A stretch of 64,000 bases of DNA from a virus (taxonomy: Duplodnaviria; Caudoviricetes). The stretch covers positions 50,430 through 114,429 of IMG/VR virus record IMGVR_UViG_3300010340_000454; one strand, 5' to 3'. Position 1 is the stretch's first letter; every line of letters begins with the position of its first letter. The notes beneath the pieces were generated by a model. The model worked only from the letters and a program-made list of their open reading frames with translations, did no database searches and was not told the DNA's origin. This document shows, piece after piece, positions 10,421 to 19,119 of the stretch. Position numbers and translations under genes: made by a program.

Positions 10421-10461
10421 AATAGCAATATACACTTGCAATTAACAAGAGGTTAACTCAA

Positions 10462-11751
10462 ATGGCTATCAAGAGTGTCCGTATTATAAATAGGTTGAGA
10501 GAGTTAGTTAACTCTTCCACAACGGACGTTGCCAACTTTAATTTCCGTTCCTTAGAAGAAGTGCAGCAATTCCTTAGAGGTGTGTCCGATAAAGCCAAAG
10601 ACTATACCAAGCAATTAAATGACTTGGAAAAAGGCTTTGAGGAAGCCGCCATAAGAGGCGCCATATTTACAGTAGCCCCAAGGGCTAAAAGAGAACAATA
10701 CAAACCGGGCAGCGTAAAGAAGGAAAAGCCCAACTTCGTCTTTGACGTTAAGAAGCTAGAAAAGGCTTTCAGTGTTGTCGATGAAATCCACGACAAAGTT
10801 GAAGCAATGGATGCTGTCATCAATAACTTGGCGCTAAACTTTAAAGGCGTTACAGGTTCCGCTAAGCTTATATCTGACGCCAAGAAAGTACGCGCCACAT
10901 TGCAGGGTCAGTTAGATAAGGCGTATCGGTTCTTAACCGAAACTGCTACCAAGAACGAGCCTGAAAAGTTTTCTAAGATCGTTACAACTATCTTGGATGA
11001 CATTCTTAAAACGTTTAGTGAAGACTACGAAAAATACAAGCAGACGGTTTACGTGGTACCTGCCGTTCGTAACGGCGTTGACATGGTATTGTTTTCTAGG
11101 TATGTGGAATTTATCAATTTCACTAACGATGACGGTACTGTATACCCTAAGGTTTACTTAGTGTTCAATTGCTTGCTAGACGAGTTTGGAAATCAGACCT
11201 ATAGCGTTAATTCCTTCCGTGAGTTCTCTCCTCCAGGTAAAGCCACTAGAGGCGCAGAATTTACTAACGCAGAATCTGGACGAGTTAAGGCTTACATAGA
11301 ATTAGAACACCACAACTTTGCTACTATGATTGAACGTGTTCCTGTTCCAGCGGAAGGCCATGAACTGAAAGCCATAAACTGGGGCGTTCCCAAAGACTGG
11401 ATTAAGTCTGTAAAAGTTGAGGACAATGTTATTGACTTCGCCTTTACGCAGAAGGTTACTTCCGCTAATAAAGACAAAGCTATTGCACAGGTAATGCTTG
11501 ATCTAAAGACTTTCTTTTCTTCTCGCATTAAAGCAAGTATCGCCCCTAAGCCTTACAAAATAGGAAAGAATTTCGGTGCAGAATTTATACTCACTCTGCC
11601 TGACAACAATGCTGTGAAACGTCAGATGCGTGCCGACGCACACTCCCTCCAGTACTTGCAAAACAAGTTAGGTTTGAGTGATAAACAAGCAGTAGGCCTA
11701 GTTAAATACCTCAACCAGCTGGCGGAAGACGAAGGAGGTCACCTGAAATGA
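10462..11751 (+). CDS. Hypothetical protein, putative virion/head protein
   Basis: Long ORF with GAGG RBS behind the putative late promoter. Confidence 0.55.
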   Translation: MAIKSVRIINRLRELVNSSTTDVANFNFRSLEEVQQFLRGVSDKAKDYTKQLNDLEKGFEEAAIRGAIFTVAPRAKREQYKPGSVKKEKPNFVFDVKKLEKAFSVVDEIHDKVEAMDAVINNLALNFKGVTGSAKLISDAKKVRATLQGQLDKAYRFLTETATKNEPEKFSKIVTTILDDILKTFSEDYEKYKQTVYVVPAVRNGVDMVLFSRYVEFINFTNDDGTVYPKVYLVFNCLLDEFGNQTYSVNSFREFSPPGKATRGAEFTNAESGRVKAYIELEHHNFATMIERVPVPAEGHELKAINWGVPKDWIKSVKVEDNVIDFAFTQKVTSANKDKAIAQVMLDLKTFFSSRIKASIAPKPYKIGKNFGAEFILTLPDNNAVKRQMRADAHSLQYLQNKLGLSDKQAVGLVKYLNQLAEDEGGHLK

Positions 11752-12104
11752 GAACCCTTAAGACAAAAGAAACTGCCGCGTCCAGCATCGTTGGTCTGGT
11801 TGTAGGTTTGTGTAAAAAGAACAAGCTGGCAGTTAAGGCAGTTAGTCCTGCACTCGACGCACAAGACGAAGCCGTAACATTGATAGATATAGTGGTGAAC
11901 GACAAACTTATGCTTGAAAGTGGATCCTACTTTCTTCCTATGCCTTTAGTCGTTGCCTTGAATAAGCTATCTTTTTCTACGAAAAAATTTATGTACACCA
12001 CAGGGCACAACCCAAAAAATCCTCGCATTTTAACACTACTCGTTAATGAAGTTAGCAACACCATGGCACCTTATAAGGTAAATACAAACCAAGCAAACGT
12101 GTAA
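11748..12104 (+). CDS. Hypothetical protein with MRTLKTKETAA start
   Basis: ATGA-coupled ORF. Confidence 0.55.
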   Translation: MRTLKTKETAASSIVGLVVGLCKKNKLAVKAVSPALDAQDEAVTLIDIVVNDKLMLESGSYFLPMPLVVALNKLSFSTKKFMYTTGHNPKNPRILTLLVNEVSNTMAPYKVNTNQANV

Positions 12105-12127
12105 ATACACACACCCCGGAGTTTAAA

Positions 12128-12961
12128 ATGAAAAACGGTATTGATTTTAACAAAATGGCTGCTCGCGTTAAGAAGGCTACTGGCGCTGAGACTTTCGCAA
12201 AGCTTCACGACTTCGCTCCTGTGACTGCCTCAGTTGATGGCGTTACTCCTAGCGTTTTCAAGGTTGTGGTGACTTTCTCGAAAGAGGCCAACAAGCAAGC
12301 TCTTCACCGCGCCGTTGCCGCTGCTACGCAGAACAAAGTTGCACCTGTCGAGGCTTCTTTCCGTCCTATCCCTGGCACCAAAGCTTTCGTCGGTTTTGTC
12401 GCCCGCAACGCCGAAGTCCGCGATTATGAAACGGCTGCTGTGGAAGGCATGAAAGTGATGGCTTCTAACCTGCTGATGGATGAGTCTGACAAGTCTCTGT
12501 GGGAAGTACGTTCTAATGGTGACGCCAAGTTCCTTACTCGTCATGCAGAAGATGACCTGAACGAACTGGTTGCGCTGGCTAACGTGCGTCTTGACAACCG
12601 TACTTTCGGTGTTCCTGTTCTGTCTAGCCTCGGTACCCCTGAAGCTGTTGTCAATGAAGCTGTGGTTTTCGTTAACCCGGAAACCGCGTGTGTCCAGCAC
12701 GCAATCATTATCGCTGCCTGCGACGGTGAAATCGAAGCCATTGACATGGACTCTATGGAGCGTGTTAAGGTAGACCCTGAAACCGTTGTGGAAATGGCGT
12801 CGTTTGACGCTAAGGAAGTGGTTGCAGCTTTCCCCGAAGTCGCTGCCCCGGAGAACTTCAACGCTCCTACTATGGAAGCCTACTACAAGCAGGTTTTTGG
12901 GTACGATGCTGCATATTGGGCAGAGTTCAAGAAAATCCTGGATAGCCGTGCAACCATCTAA
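12128..12961 (+). CDS. Abundant putative head core/scaffold-type protein
   Basis: High-expression codon bias (TTC, AAC, CGT, GCT); own terminator; many (E/V)-x-A-A/S sites. Confidence 0.45.
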   Translation: MKNGIDFNKMAARVKKATGAETFAKLHDFAPVTASVDGVTPSVFKVVVTFSKEANKQALHRAVAAATQNKVAPVEASFRPIPGTKAFVGFVARNAEVRDYETAAVEGMKVMASNLLMDESDKSLWEVRSNGDAKFLTRHAEDDLNELVALANVRLDNRTFGVPVLSSLGTPEAVVNEAVVFVNPETACVQHAIIIAACDGEIEAIDMDSMERVKVDPETVVEMASFDAKEVVAAFPEVAAPENFNAPTMEAYYKQVFGYDAAYWAEFKKILDSRATI

Positions 12962-12970
12962 GTGAAACAC

Positions 12971-13003
12971 GAGGAAAGGCTGCTTTTGTGGCCTTTCCTT
13001 ACT
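12971..13003 (+). terminator. Rho-independent terminator
   Basis: AGGAAAGGCTGC-TTTT-GTGGCCTTTCCT hairpin. Confidence 0.7.
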
Positions 13004-13024
13004 TGTATCTGACAGGAGGTAAGC

Positions 13025-14200
13025 ATGGCAGGTTTTCTGAATAGCTTTAGCCCTATTGTTGCAGGTAGCTCAGGAACTACTGCAATTCAGTTTATACTGC
13101 CACCCGGCACGGATGCGTCCTTAGGCAGTATTACTTACAAGCTTCAAGACCCTGACGGTATTGTCTACGCATCAGGTAACGCTATAGGGTATAGTGTGAC
13201 TGCTGCTCCTAATGCTGTACAGGTTAACGGAACTATTGTGTTAGCTATTCCAGATAGCATACCAACTAACACAGTAGGGACCGCTTACCAAGTCTCCATG
13301 ACGCTAACACTACCTGGCCAGAACTCGGTTATGCAGAATGCCTTGGTTACGGTTCTGCCCAACACTATGGTTGCAACAGGTGCGTCCGATACTGTAATTA
13401 TTCAAGGCAACTTGTCGGAACTAGAGTTAGTACTACCTAATGTAGAGGCTTACGTTACAGCAAACTTCTACCGGGACAACGACATAATTAACCCTACGCC
13501 CCCGACAGTCACAGGGCCTGTAGCAACTTCTGACGGGTATAGGTACACCATCAGTGTTAACACTTCCCAGATTCCTCCATCCCTAGAACCTTATGGTGTT
13601 ATTTGGTTGTTTGGGGATAGTAACGTCTCTATATCTGACCAAGAACAGTCGGCTGTTTACATAGTTACGCCTACACAAATTCAGGCTGCTAAGGACTTGA
13701 TGTTGCGTATCAATAAAGCGAGAACAAGCATCGGAGACAAGCCTACTTTCTCAGTTACCGAAATGTTCTCCTATTTGCGTCGTGGTATGGACTGGTTCAA
13801 CTCCACTGGAGTAGCTACTTCGTTTACTATGACGAATGCGAAGTACGGTACCCGAGAATTTTGGTTGAAGTTTTCCGAAGTTATCGCGTTACGCGCTCAG
13901 TATATGTTTGAAGGTGAAACCGCTTTCGACTTCCAAGGACAGGCAATATCTCTTAACGTGGATCGCGCCCAATACTACGAAGGCCTCGCTTCTTCTATTG
14001 AAAATGAAGCGATGGAGCCTACTCGTCAGTACAAGCAGCAACTAGGTAAACGGGGCAATACAGGAGGTGATGGATCAGTAAATCCGAATACTCTGAGGCA
14101 TGGAGCAATCGGTAGCGTAGGTATCTCGCTGACGCCTGTGTCTAATATTCGCCTTGGTAACCCCAACTCTTATTTCTTCGGCATTCGGCCTTTCTGGTGA
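13025..14200 (+). CDS. Putative neck/head-tail connector protein
   Basis: Beta-rich N-part plus helical C-domain (YLRRGMDWFN...ALRAQ...FDFQGQAISLNVDR) resembling head-tail adaptors of large phages. Confidence 0.5.
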   Translation: MAGFLNSFSPIVAGSSGTTAIQFILPPGTDASLGSITYKLQDPDGIVYASGNAIGYSVTAAPNAVQVNGTIVLAIPDSIPTNTVGTAYQVSMTLTLPGQNSVMQNALVTVLPNTMVATGASDTVIIQGNLSELELVLPNVEAYVTANFYRDNDIINPTPPTVTGPVATSDGYRYTISVNTSQIPPSLEPYGVIWLFGDSNVSISDQEQSAVYIVTPTQIQAAKDLMLRINKARTSIGDKPTFSVTEMFSYLRRGMDWFNSTGVATSFTMTNAKYGTREFWLKFSEVIALRAQYMFEGETAFDFQGQAISLNVDRAQYYEGLASSIENEAMEPTRQYKQQLGKRGNTGGDGSVNPNTLRHGAIGSVGISLTPVSNIRLGNPNSYFFGIRPFW

Positions 14201-14204
14201 CAAA

Positions 14205-14531
14205 ATGAAAACTTTAGAACTTGCAAAGAAGGCAGTAGCTAGACTTAAGGAAGTCTCTGCAAATAAACATGTACCGTCTAGTCGATGGGAAGTCGTTGAG
14301 GATAAAAAACTCAAAGGTTCCTCTCATTCTGGTTTTCTAAAACTAGTTTATAGAGGTCACACGCTGCATATAGGAGCTGCCCCTGGACCTAAAGGCTACA
14401 CTGGGTATATAGATCGCAAACTCGTCATTACCCCAGACGTGGCACTTTATGATGGGGCACCTGGCCGATCCAAGCTAGCCTTTAAGTTGCAGGAAATGAT
14501 AGATACGTCACTAAACAAAAAGGGAGCATAA
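14205..14531 (+). CDS. Leader-bearing protein 1 (MKTLELAKKAVARLKEVSA), start reassigned from 14154
   Basis: ATG at 14205, 4 nt after the previous stop, gives the same leader as four downstream paralogues. Confidence 0.75.
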   Translation: MKTLELAKKAVARLKEVSANKHVPSSRWEVVEDKKLKGSSHSGFLKLVYRGHTLHIGAAPGPKGYTGYIDRKLVITPDVALYDGAPGRSKLAFKLQEMIDTSLNKKGA

Positions 14532-14533
14532 TC

Positions 14534-14980
14534 GTGCCTAAACTTGTACGCGCAAATCAGGAACCAGATTTTGAGTTACATGGACAAATCGTCCAGTTCT
14601 TCCTAGATAACCCTTCTGCTAGCGACGCTCAGGTGCACACTTGGTCTACTTCGCTCGGTGTCGAACCCGAAATTATGGAAGCCGCTATCTACAAGTTGCT
14701 TTCTAGCCTGCTTCGAGCTATTGGAAAACACAATCATATTCCAGACGTTTCTCTTGACCAAATACAATTGGACCAAGGCATACGTATCGAAATGGAACAC
14801 ACTGATATTCCGTTCATTGCCAAGATGATTGCTAAAGATCACCTTGTGGAATGCCCTGAGTACTACACATACTTAGCGAAAGCGGAGTCGGATTGCGCTA
14901 ATGGGGAAATGACAGATAGAACCCCTCTCATTACAGTATCTTCTGTTTTGAAGAATATAAAGAAGGCCAAAGGAAAATGA
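14534..14980 (+). CDS. DUF5661-like phage protein
   Basis: QL..GI.IEMEHT...AK.IAKDHL.E.P.YY..L motif. Confidence 0.7.
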   Translation: MPKLVRANQEPDFELHGQIVQFFLDNPSASDAQVHTWSTSLGVEPEIMEAAIYKLLSSLLRAIGKHNHIPDVSLDQIQLDQGIRIEMEHTDIPFIAKMIAKDHLVECPEYYTYLAKAESDCANGEMTDRTPLITVSSVLKNIKKAKGK

Positions 14981-15858
14981 AAACCATTAGTTTCGCTTTA
15001 GCTGCCATACAAAGAATAGAAGTTGCTAAACAAACTAGCGAATGGTGGGAGTCCCAAAGCGACTCTTTCAAAGAACAATACATTAAAGACCACCCTAGAT
15101 CCAAGTTTGCCCGAGAGGCTAGGGCCTTAGAAGATAAGGAAGGCAAGCACGCAAAAAAGTATTCGGAAGTTTTCGATAAAGACTTCTATACTGCCAAGAA
15201 GCCTTCTCCTAAGGATAAGGAGGCTCCCAAGAAGAGTCCTCCGAAATCGTTAATGCCTACTGCGGTTAAAGCATTAGACTACGCATCAGAGGAATTTTTT
15301 AAACAAGCAACAAGTTCAATCAATAGGTTCTTAAATGTAGATACCTTTGATTTAACGCCTCTACATGTTAAGTCCTTAAAATTACTAGACTCCGCAATAA
15401 GCAAAAAATTACAAGTCTATGCCAAGCAAAAGGCACAGATACGTAAACAGCAAAAGGTATTGCAGTCTAAGTTAAAGAAGGCAACTACTAAGGAAGAGAA
15501 AGCCGCAGTCAAGAGAGAAATATCCAAACTAGAGACTTCCCATAATAGGATAACTCGCCAGGAGCAAGGCCTTACTAAAAGCCATGCCGCATTGGTTGAA
15601 AAACATCCTGGTGTTCTAAAGAACGTAAACACTATTAGGAAGCAGCGTAAGGCTCGTGCAGAGAAAAAATCTAACGAGGCTAAGATCAATAAAGAGATAA
15701 CTAAACTGAAGTCTAGTCTAGCTAAAGTACAGAAAGCAATGGAAGCTTCTACAGATTCTAAGGAGCGCAGACAATACCGCGCAAAGATCAGGGAAATAAA
15801 AGCAGAGATAGTTTTAAAAACCAAAGAACTTAAATCCAACAGCAAGGTGAACCCATGA
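14977..15858 (+). CDS. Leader-bearing basic protein 2 (divergent leader, HPxSK module, coiled coil)
   Basis: MKTISFALAAIQRIEVA then WWESQSDSFKEQYIKDHPRSKF; Lys-rich tail. Confidence 0.75.
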   Translation: MKTISFALAAIQRIEVAKQTSEWWESQSDSFKEQYIKDHPRSKFAREARALEDKEGKHAKKYSEVFDKDFYTAKKPSPKDKEAPKKSPPKSLMPTAVKALDYASEEFFKQATSSINRFLNVDTFDLTPLHVKSLKLLDSAISKKLQVYAKQKAQIRKQQKVLQSKLKKATTKEEKAAVKREISKLETSHNRITRQEQGLTKSHAALVEKHPGVLKNVNTIRKQRKARAEKKSNEAKINKEITKLKSSLAKVQKAMEASTDSKERRQYRAKIREIKAEIVLKTKELKSNSKVNP

Positions 15859-16265
15859 AAACATTAGAACTAGCCAAGAAAGCCATAACCCGCATAGCAG
15901 AAGTAGCCGTAACCCAAGATCAATTCGACGCTTGGAATTCAACTAAGAAGAGACAGTGGTTGAAAGACCACCCTACAAGTAAGTTTGGGAAGAAGCCTGC
16001 AGGTAAAGCTAAACCTACTGGTGGTAAATCCCCTAAGAGTAAACTTAAAGAACAGAAGACTGACCCTAAAGTTCAAAAACTATTGGACCTAAAGAAAAGC
16101 TTGGAAGATAAATGGGACGCCCTAGATGAAGAATACGAACGTATTCGCAGAACAACTAATACAGGGATGAGCCGCAGCCGAGAAAACGATAAGCTAGACT
16201 CAATAAATAGGCGAAAGGAAAAGATAGAGATTAAGCTAGACGAAATAGAAGATAAATTGCCCTGA
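15855..16265 (+). CDS. Leader-bearing basic protein 3
   Basis: MKTLELAKKAITRIAEVA + VTQDQFDAWNSTKKRQWLKDHPTSKFGK. Confidence 0.85.
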   Translation: MKTLELAKKAITRIAEVAVTQDQFDAWNSTKKRQWLKDHPTSKFGKKPAGKAKPTGGKSPKSKLKEQKTDPKVQKLLDLKKSLEDKWDALDEEYERIRRTTNTGMSRSRENDKLDSINRRKEKIEIKLDEIEDKLP

Positions 16266-16289
16266 TTATAACCAATAGAGGAAAGCGAA

Positions 16290-16508
16290 ATGGAAAATAA
16301 AAGCTTCATTTATTCCAAGACCAATATCTTCGCTATTCTGCTAGCTATTCTGGTGCAGTTCCAAGAGTATATTCCTATGCTTCAGGATATTGCACCAGCT
16401 GAGTTATACAAGCAGATCGCTATTTGGGTTCCTGTTGCTATCGTGGTTCTTCGTGCTATGACCACAAGCGGCATTTCGCCTAGACTGCCTTGGTCTACTA
16501 GCAAGTAA
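16290..16508 (+). CDS. Small two-TM membrane protein, putative holin
   Basis: SKT.IF.ILL hydrophobic helix, second helix ending in VLR.MT; GAGG RBS. Confidence 0.5.
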   Translation: MENKSFIYSKTNIFAILLAILVQFQEYIPMLQDIAPAELYKQIAIWVPVAIVVLRAMTTSGISPRLPWSTSK

Positions 16509-16550
16509 GGAAAAATTGGACAAGGACGTCCTTCATCCAGGTAAAAAATT

Positions 16551-17159
16551 ATGCCAATAATCTCCTCTAAGAAAAAGCTTTCTTCTAAAGGTAAAGACGA
16601 AAGCAAGAAGGAATCCAAAGTAAAGAAACCGAAACACCTAAAAGAATTTAGTAAGGAACTAGACTTAGACTCCATAAAAGACACACAGTCTTACTTAAAA
16701 GACAAGTCTAGAAAAATCCGCAAGCTTGTTAAGAACGGGGAGAACGATGCTGCTGCGGAAATGATTATGAAGTCGCTTACTTCTGTCCTAGTTGACCTGC
16801 TCCCTATCGCTGAGGAACGTTATAGGTCAGACCCTAGGCAGGGTAACGCTTACGCTTTCAATAACTTGGTGTCTACAGCAAGAGAACTTGTAGCAGACCT
16901 CCAAGCTAACACAGATAAGTCGGTTGTGGTTAACAACATTATTTTCAACATTCTACAGCCTTCTTCTACAACCATCGTTACCTTCCTTATTGATACCAAT
17001 TTCTCCTTCAAGAAAGAATTAGCAGGCTACATTAAGCCTGAACATGCGAAAGACGCTAACGACGTTATCGACAAAATGTCTAAGAGTTATGTGTCTTTCC
17101 TCAAAGCAGTATTGGTTGACATTCAAGACCGCATTTCACAAGCCTTACAGGATGCTTAA
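16551..17159 (+). CDS. Hypothetical helical protein with basic N-terminus
   Basis: 202-aa ORF in the operon. Confidence 0.6.
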   Translation: MPIISSKKKLSSKGKDESKKESKVKKPKHLKEFSKELDLDSIKDTQSYLKDKSRKIRKLVKNGENDAAAEMIMKSLTSVLVDLLPIAEERYRSDPRQGNAYAFNNLVSTARELVADLQANTDKSVVVNNIIFNILQPSSTTIVTFLIDTNFSFKKELAGYIKPEHAKDANDVIDKMSKSYVSFLKAVLVDIQDRISQALQDA

Positions 17160-17161
17160 TC

Positions 17162-17968
17162 ATGCACACTTTAGAACTAGCCAAGAAGGCGGTAGAGCGT
17201 TTAGCAGAAGTGGCAATTACCCAAGAGCACTTTGACTCCTGGGACTCCGCAAAACAGAAACAGTGGCTCAAGGATCACCCTAACAGCAAGTTTGGTAAGA
17301 AGCCTGCAGGTAAAGCCCCTAAAAATAAACCTATTAAGCAGGCAGATTTGAAGAAAGCGGCTACACCGACAACCCCAAAAGAAAAATACGTAACCTACAA
17401 ACCTAAGTTTACGGAAGTCCCTAGCGGTATTGAGGCTATAATTATAGATAAGCCTCGTACTGAGGAAGACAGAAAGAAGTCGGCTAAAATACTGAAAGAA
17501 TTTGAAGAAGACCTGAACAACCAAGTAAAACACATGCAGGAGAATACAGGTCATGGCTACACTCAATCTGCGGTGCGTTCTCTTGCAGATAGAAGTCATA
17601 AAGTAATAGACGTGGCTAGGAAACTGGAGCCTATAGTAGACGACTTTAATGTTGCAATGAGAGGATTCATAAAAGTTCGAGACTCAAAAGACCCTGAAAA
17701 AATTCAAGCCGCGGCTCGAGGAATAGATAAGGTGCTGTGGTCGACCCGTCAATTTAGAGGCCCTGCACTCACCCTTGTAAAGAAAGGGCGTATCCTTAAG
17801 TCGGTTTCTCCTTTAGCCAAAGGCTGTACTATGCGACTGGAATACATGGCTAAGGCTAGAGATGCTGCTCTTAAGGAAGCTAAACACGCAGGGTTGACCG
17901 ATACCCAAAAAGACGCGGCGGCTAAACGTTCAGCTAGTATGCGTGCTCGTTGGGGTAGTATGTACTAA
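17162..17968 (+). CDS. Leader-bearing basic protein 4
   Basis: MHTLELAKKAVERLAEVA + ITQEHFDSWDSAKQKQWLKDHPNSKFGK. Confidence 0.85.
   Translation: MHTLELAKKAVERLAEVAITQEHFDSWDSAKQKQWLKDHPNSKFGKKPAGKAPKNKPIKQADLKKAATPTTPKEKYVTYKPKFTEVPSGIEAIIIDKPRTEEDRKKSAKILKEFEEDLNNQVKHMQENTGHGYTQSAVRSLADRSHKVIDVARKLEPIVDDFNVAMRGFIKVRDSKDPEKIQAAARGIDKVLWSTRQFRGPALTLVKKGRILKSVSPLAKGCTMRLEYMAKARDAALKEAKHAGLTDTQKDAAAKRSASMRARWGSMY
17207..17244 (+). repeat. 38-nt exact direct repeat, copy 1 (copy 2 at 18086-18123)
   Basis: GAAGTGGCAATTACCCAAGAGCACTTTGACTCCTGGGA present in both paralogues. Confidence 0.9.
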
Positions 17969-18044
17969 TGCCTGCAAAAAAGAAATAGGGTCAAACAGTC
18001 TCTTACATAACAAACGTCATAATCACATGGTAGGACGAAAATGA
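17968..18044 (+). pseudogene. Internally deleted copy of the HNH gene at 18835-19119
   Basis: Encodes MPAKKK*GQTVSY joined to HNKRHNHMVGRK*; the intact gene starts MPAKKKWGQTGSY and ends HNKRHKHMIGRK*. Confidence 0.88.
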
Positions 18045-18832
18045 AAACATTGGAACTGGCCAAGAAGGCCGTAACCCGCATCGCGGAAGTGGCAATTACC
18101 CAAGAGCACTTTGACTCCTGGGATTCCAGAAAACAGAAACAGTGGCTTAAGGATCACCCTAACAGTAAGTTTGGTAAGAAGGAAGCCCCAAAAGCAGGCA
18201 GGCCAATTAAGCAGGCTGATCTAAAGAAGTCATCCCAGAAAGAGCCTGAGATTCATTCAAACGTTAAACTTAAACCTTTCACCCTTAAGGAAGTAGATAA
18301 GGAAAAGTTGAAAAAAGCTATTAAAAAAGCTGACGAAGCTTATCGTAAAAGGCTTACAGAGGACTTAAACGCTAGCGTAGCCTACTTCACTAAACAACTA
18401 AAAACCCCTTTAGATCCTAGGTATAAAAAAATCGTAGAACATACCTTAAAAAACCTCACTAAGAAACTTGATAAAGTTAAACAACCGTTTAAACCTGGAA
18501 CTGAAGCTTACAAGTCTATTGTAGACCCTGTCATAGCCAAAATGAGGCAGGCCCATAATAAGGCCGAACTGAATAGGGTACGTAAGCTTCTTCCTTTGAG
18601 TACCCAGAAACAGCTTAATTCATTAGACGCCAAGGTTAAAGCCTTAGACAGCCAGCTAGCTAAGTTACGTAGTAGTCTGCGCCTAAATGCTAAGAAAGGT
18701 ATAGCAGGAAACGAAGTGCTTCGTAACGAAGCGGAAGACAAAATAGACATGATTAAGGCACAAATAGAGCGTATCGAAGAGAAAATTCGAGACGTATTTG
18801 ACAAAGCAACAAAAGCATACAAGCCTAAATAA
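18041..18832 (+). CDS. Leader-bearing basic protein 5
   Basis: MKTLELAKKAVTRIAEVA + ITQEHFDSWDSRKQKQWLKDHPNSKFGK. Confidence 0.85.
   Translation: MKTLELAKKAVTRIAEVAITQEHFDSWDSRKQKQWLKDHPNSKFGKKEAPKAGRPIKQADLKKSSQKEPEIHSNVKLKPFTLKEVDKEKLKKAIKKADEAYRKRLTEDLNASVAYFTKQLKTPLDPRYKKIVEHTLKNLTKKLDKVKQPFKPGTEAYKSIVDPVIAKMRQAHNKAELNRVRKLLPLSTQKQLNSLDAKVKALDSQLAKLRSSLRLNAKKGIAGNEVLRNEAEDKIDMIKAQIERIEEKIRDVFDKATKAYKPK
18086..18123 (+). repeat. 38-nt exact direct repeat, copy 2
   Basis: Identical to 17207-17244. Confidence 0.9.
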
Positions 18833-18834
18833 CA

Positions 18835-19119
18835 ATGCCTGCAAAAAAGAAGTGGGGCCAAACAGGCTCGTACCGAACTAAAGGCGGAACTGTAGCTAAG
18901 ATACAAAAGCACACGTATCCGCCTAACTGGCGGGAAATATGCAAAGACAAGATACGTGAGGCAGGAGGAAGGTGTCAAAGGTGCCCTAGCGAAGACAGAT
19001 TAGAGGTGCACCATATTATAGCGTTGTCTAGAGGTGGTACAAATCATCCCTTAAACCTTATAGTGCTTTGTTATACGTGCCATAATAAACGACACAAACA
19101 CATGATAGGCAGGAAATGA
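18835..19119 (+). CDS. HNH endonuclease
   Basis: CQRC...LEVHHII.LSRGGTN.PLNL..LCYTCH motif. Confidence 0.92.
   Translation: MPAKKKWGQTGSYRTKGGTVAKIQKHTYPPNWREICKDKIREAGGRCQRCPSEDRLEVHHIIALSRGGTNHPLNLIVLCYTCHNKRHKHMIGRK

Noticed and set aside
12230-12970. 246-aa antisense ORF, and other shadow ORFs in the track
   Set aside because: They lie opposite well-supported genes and are explained by codon bias; no RBS or motifs
14154-14204. ORF-track start at 14154
   Set aside because: It overlaps the upstream gene; ATG 14205 yields the conserved leader
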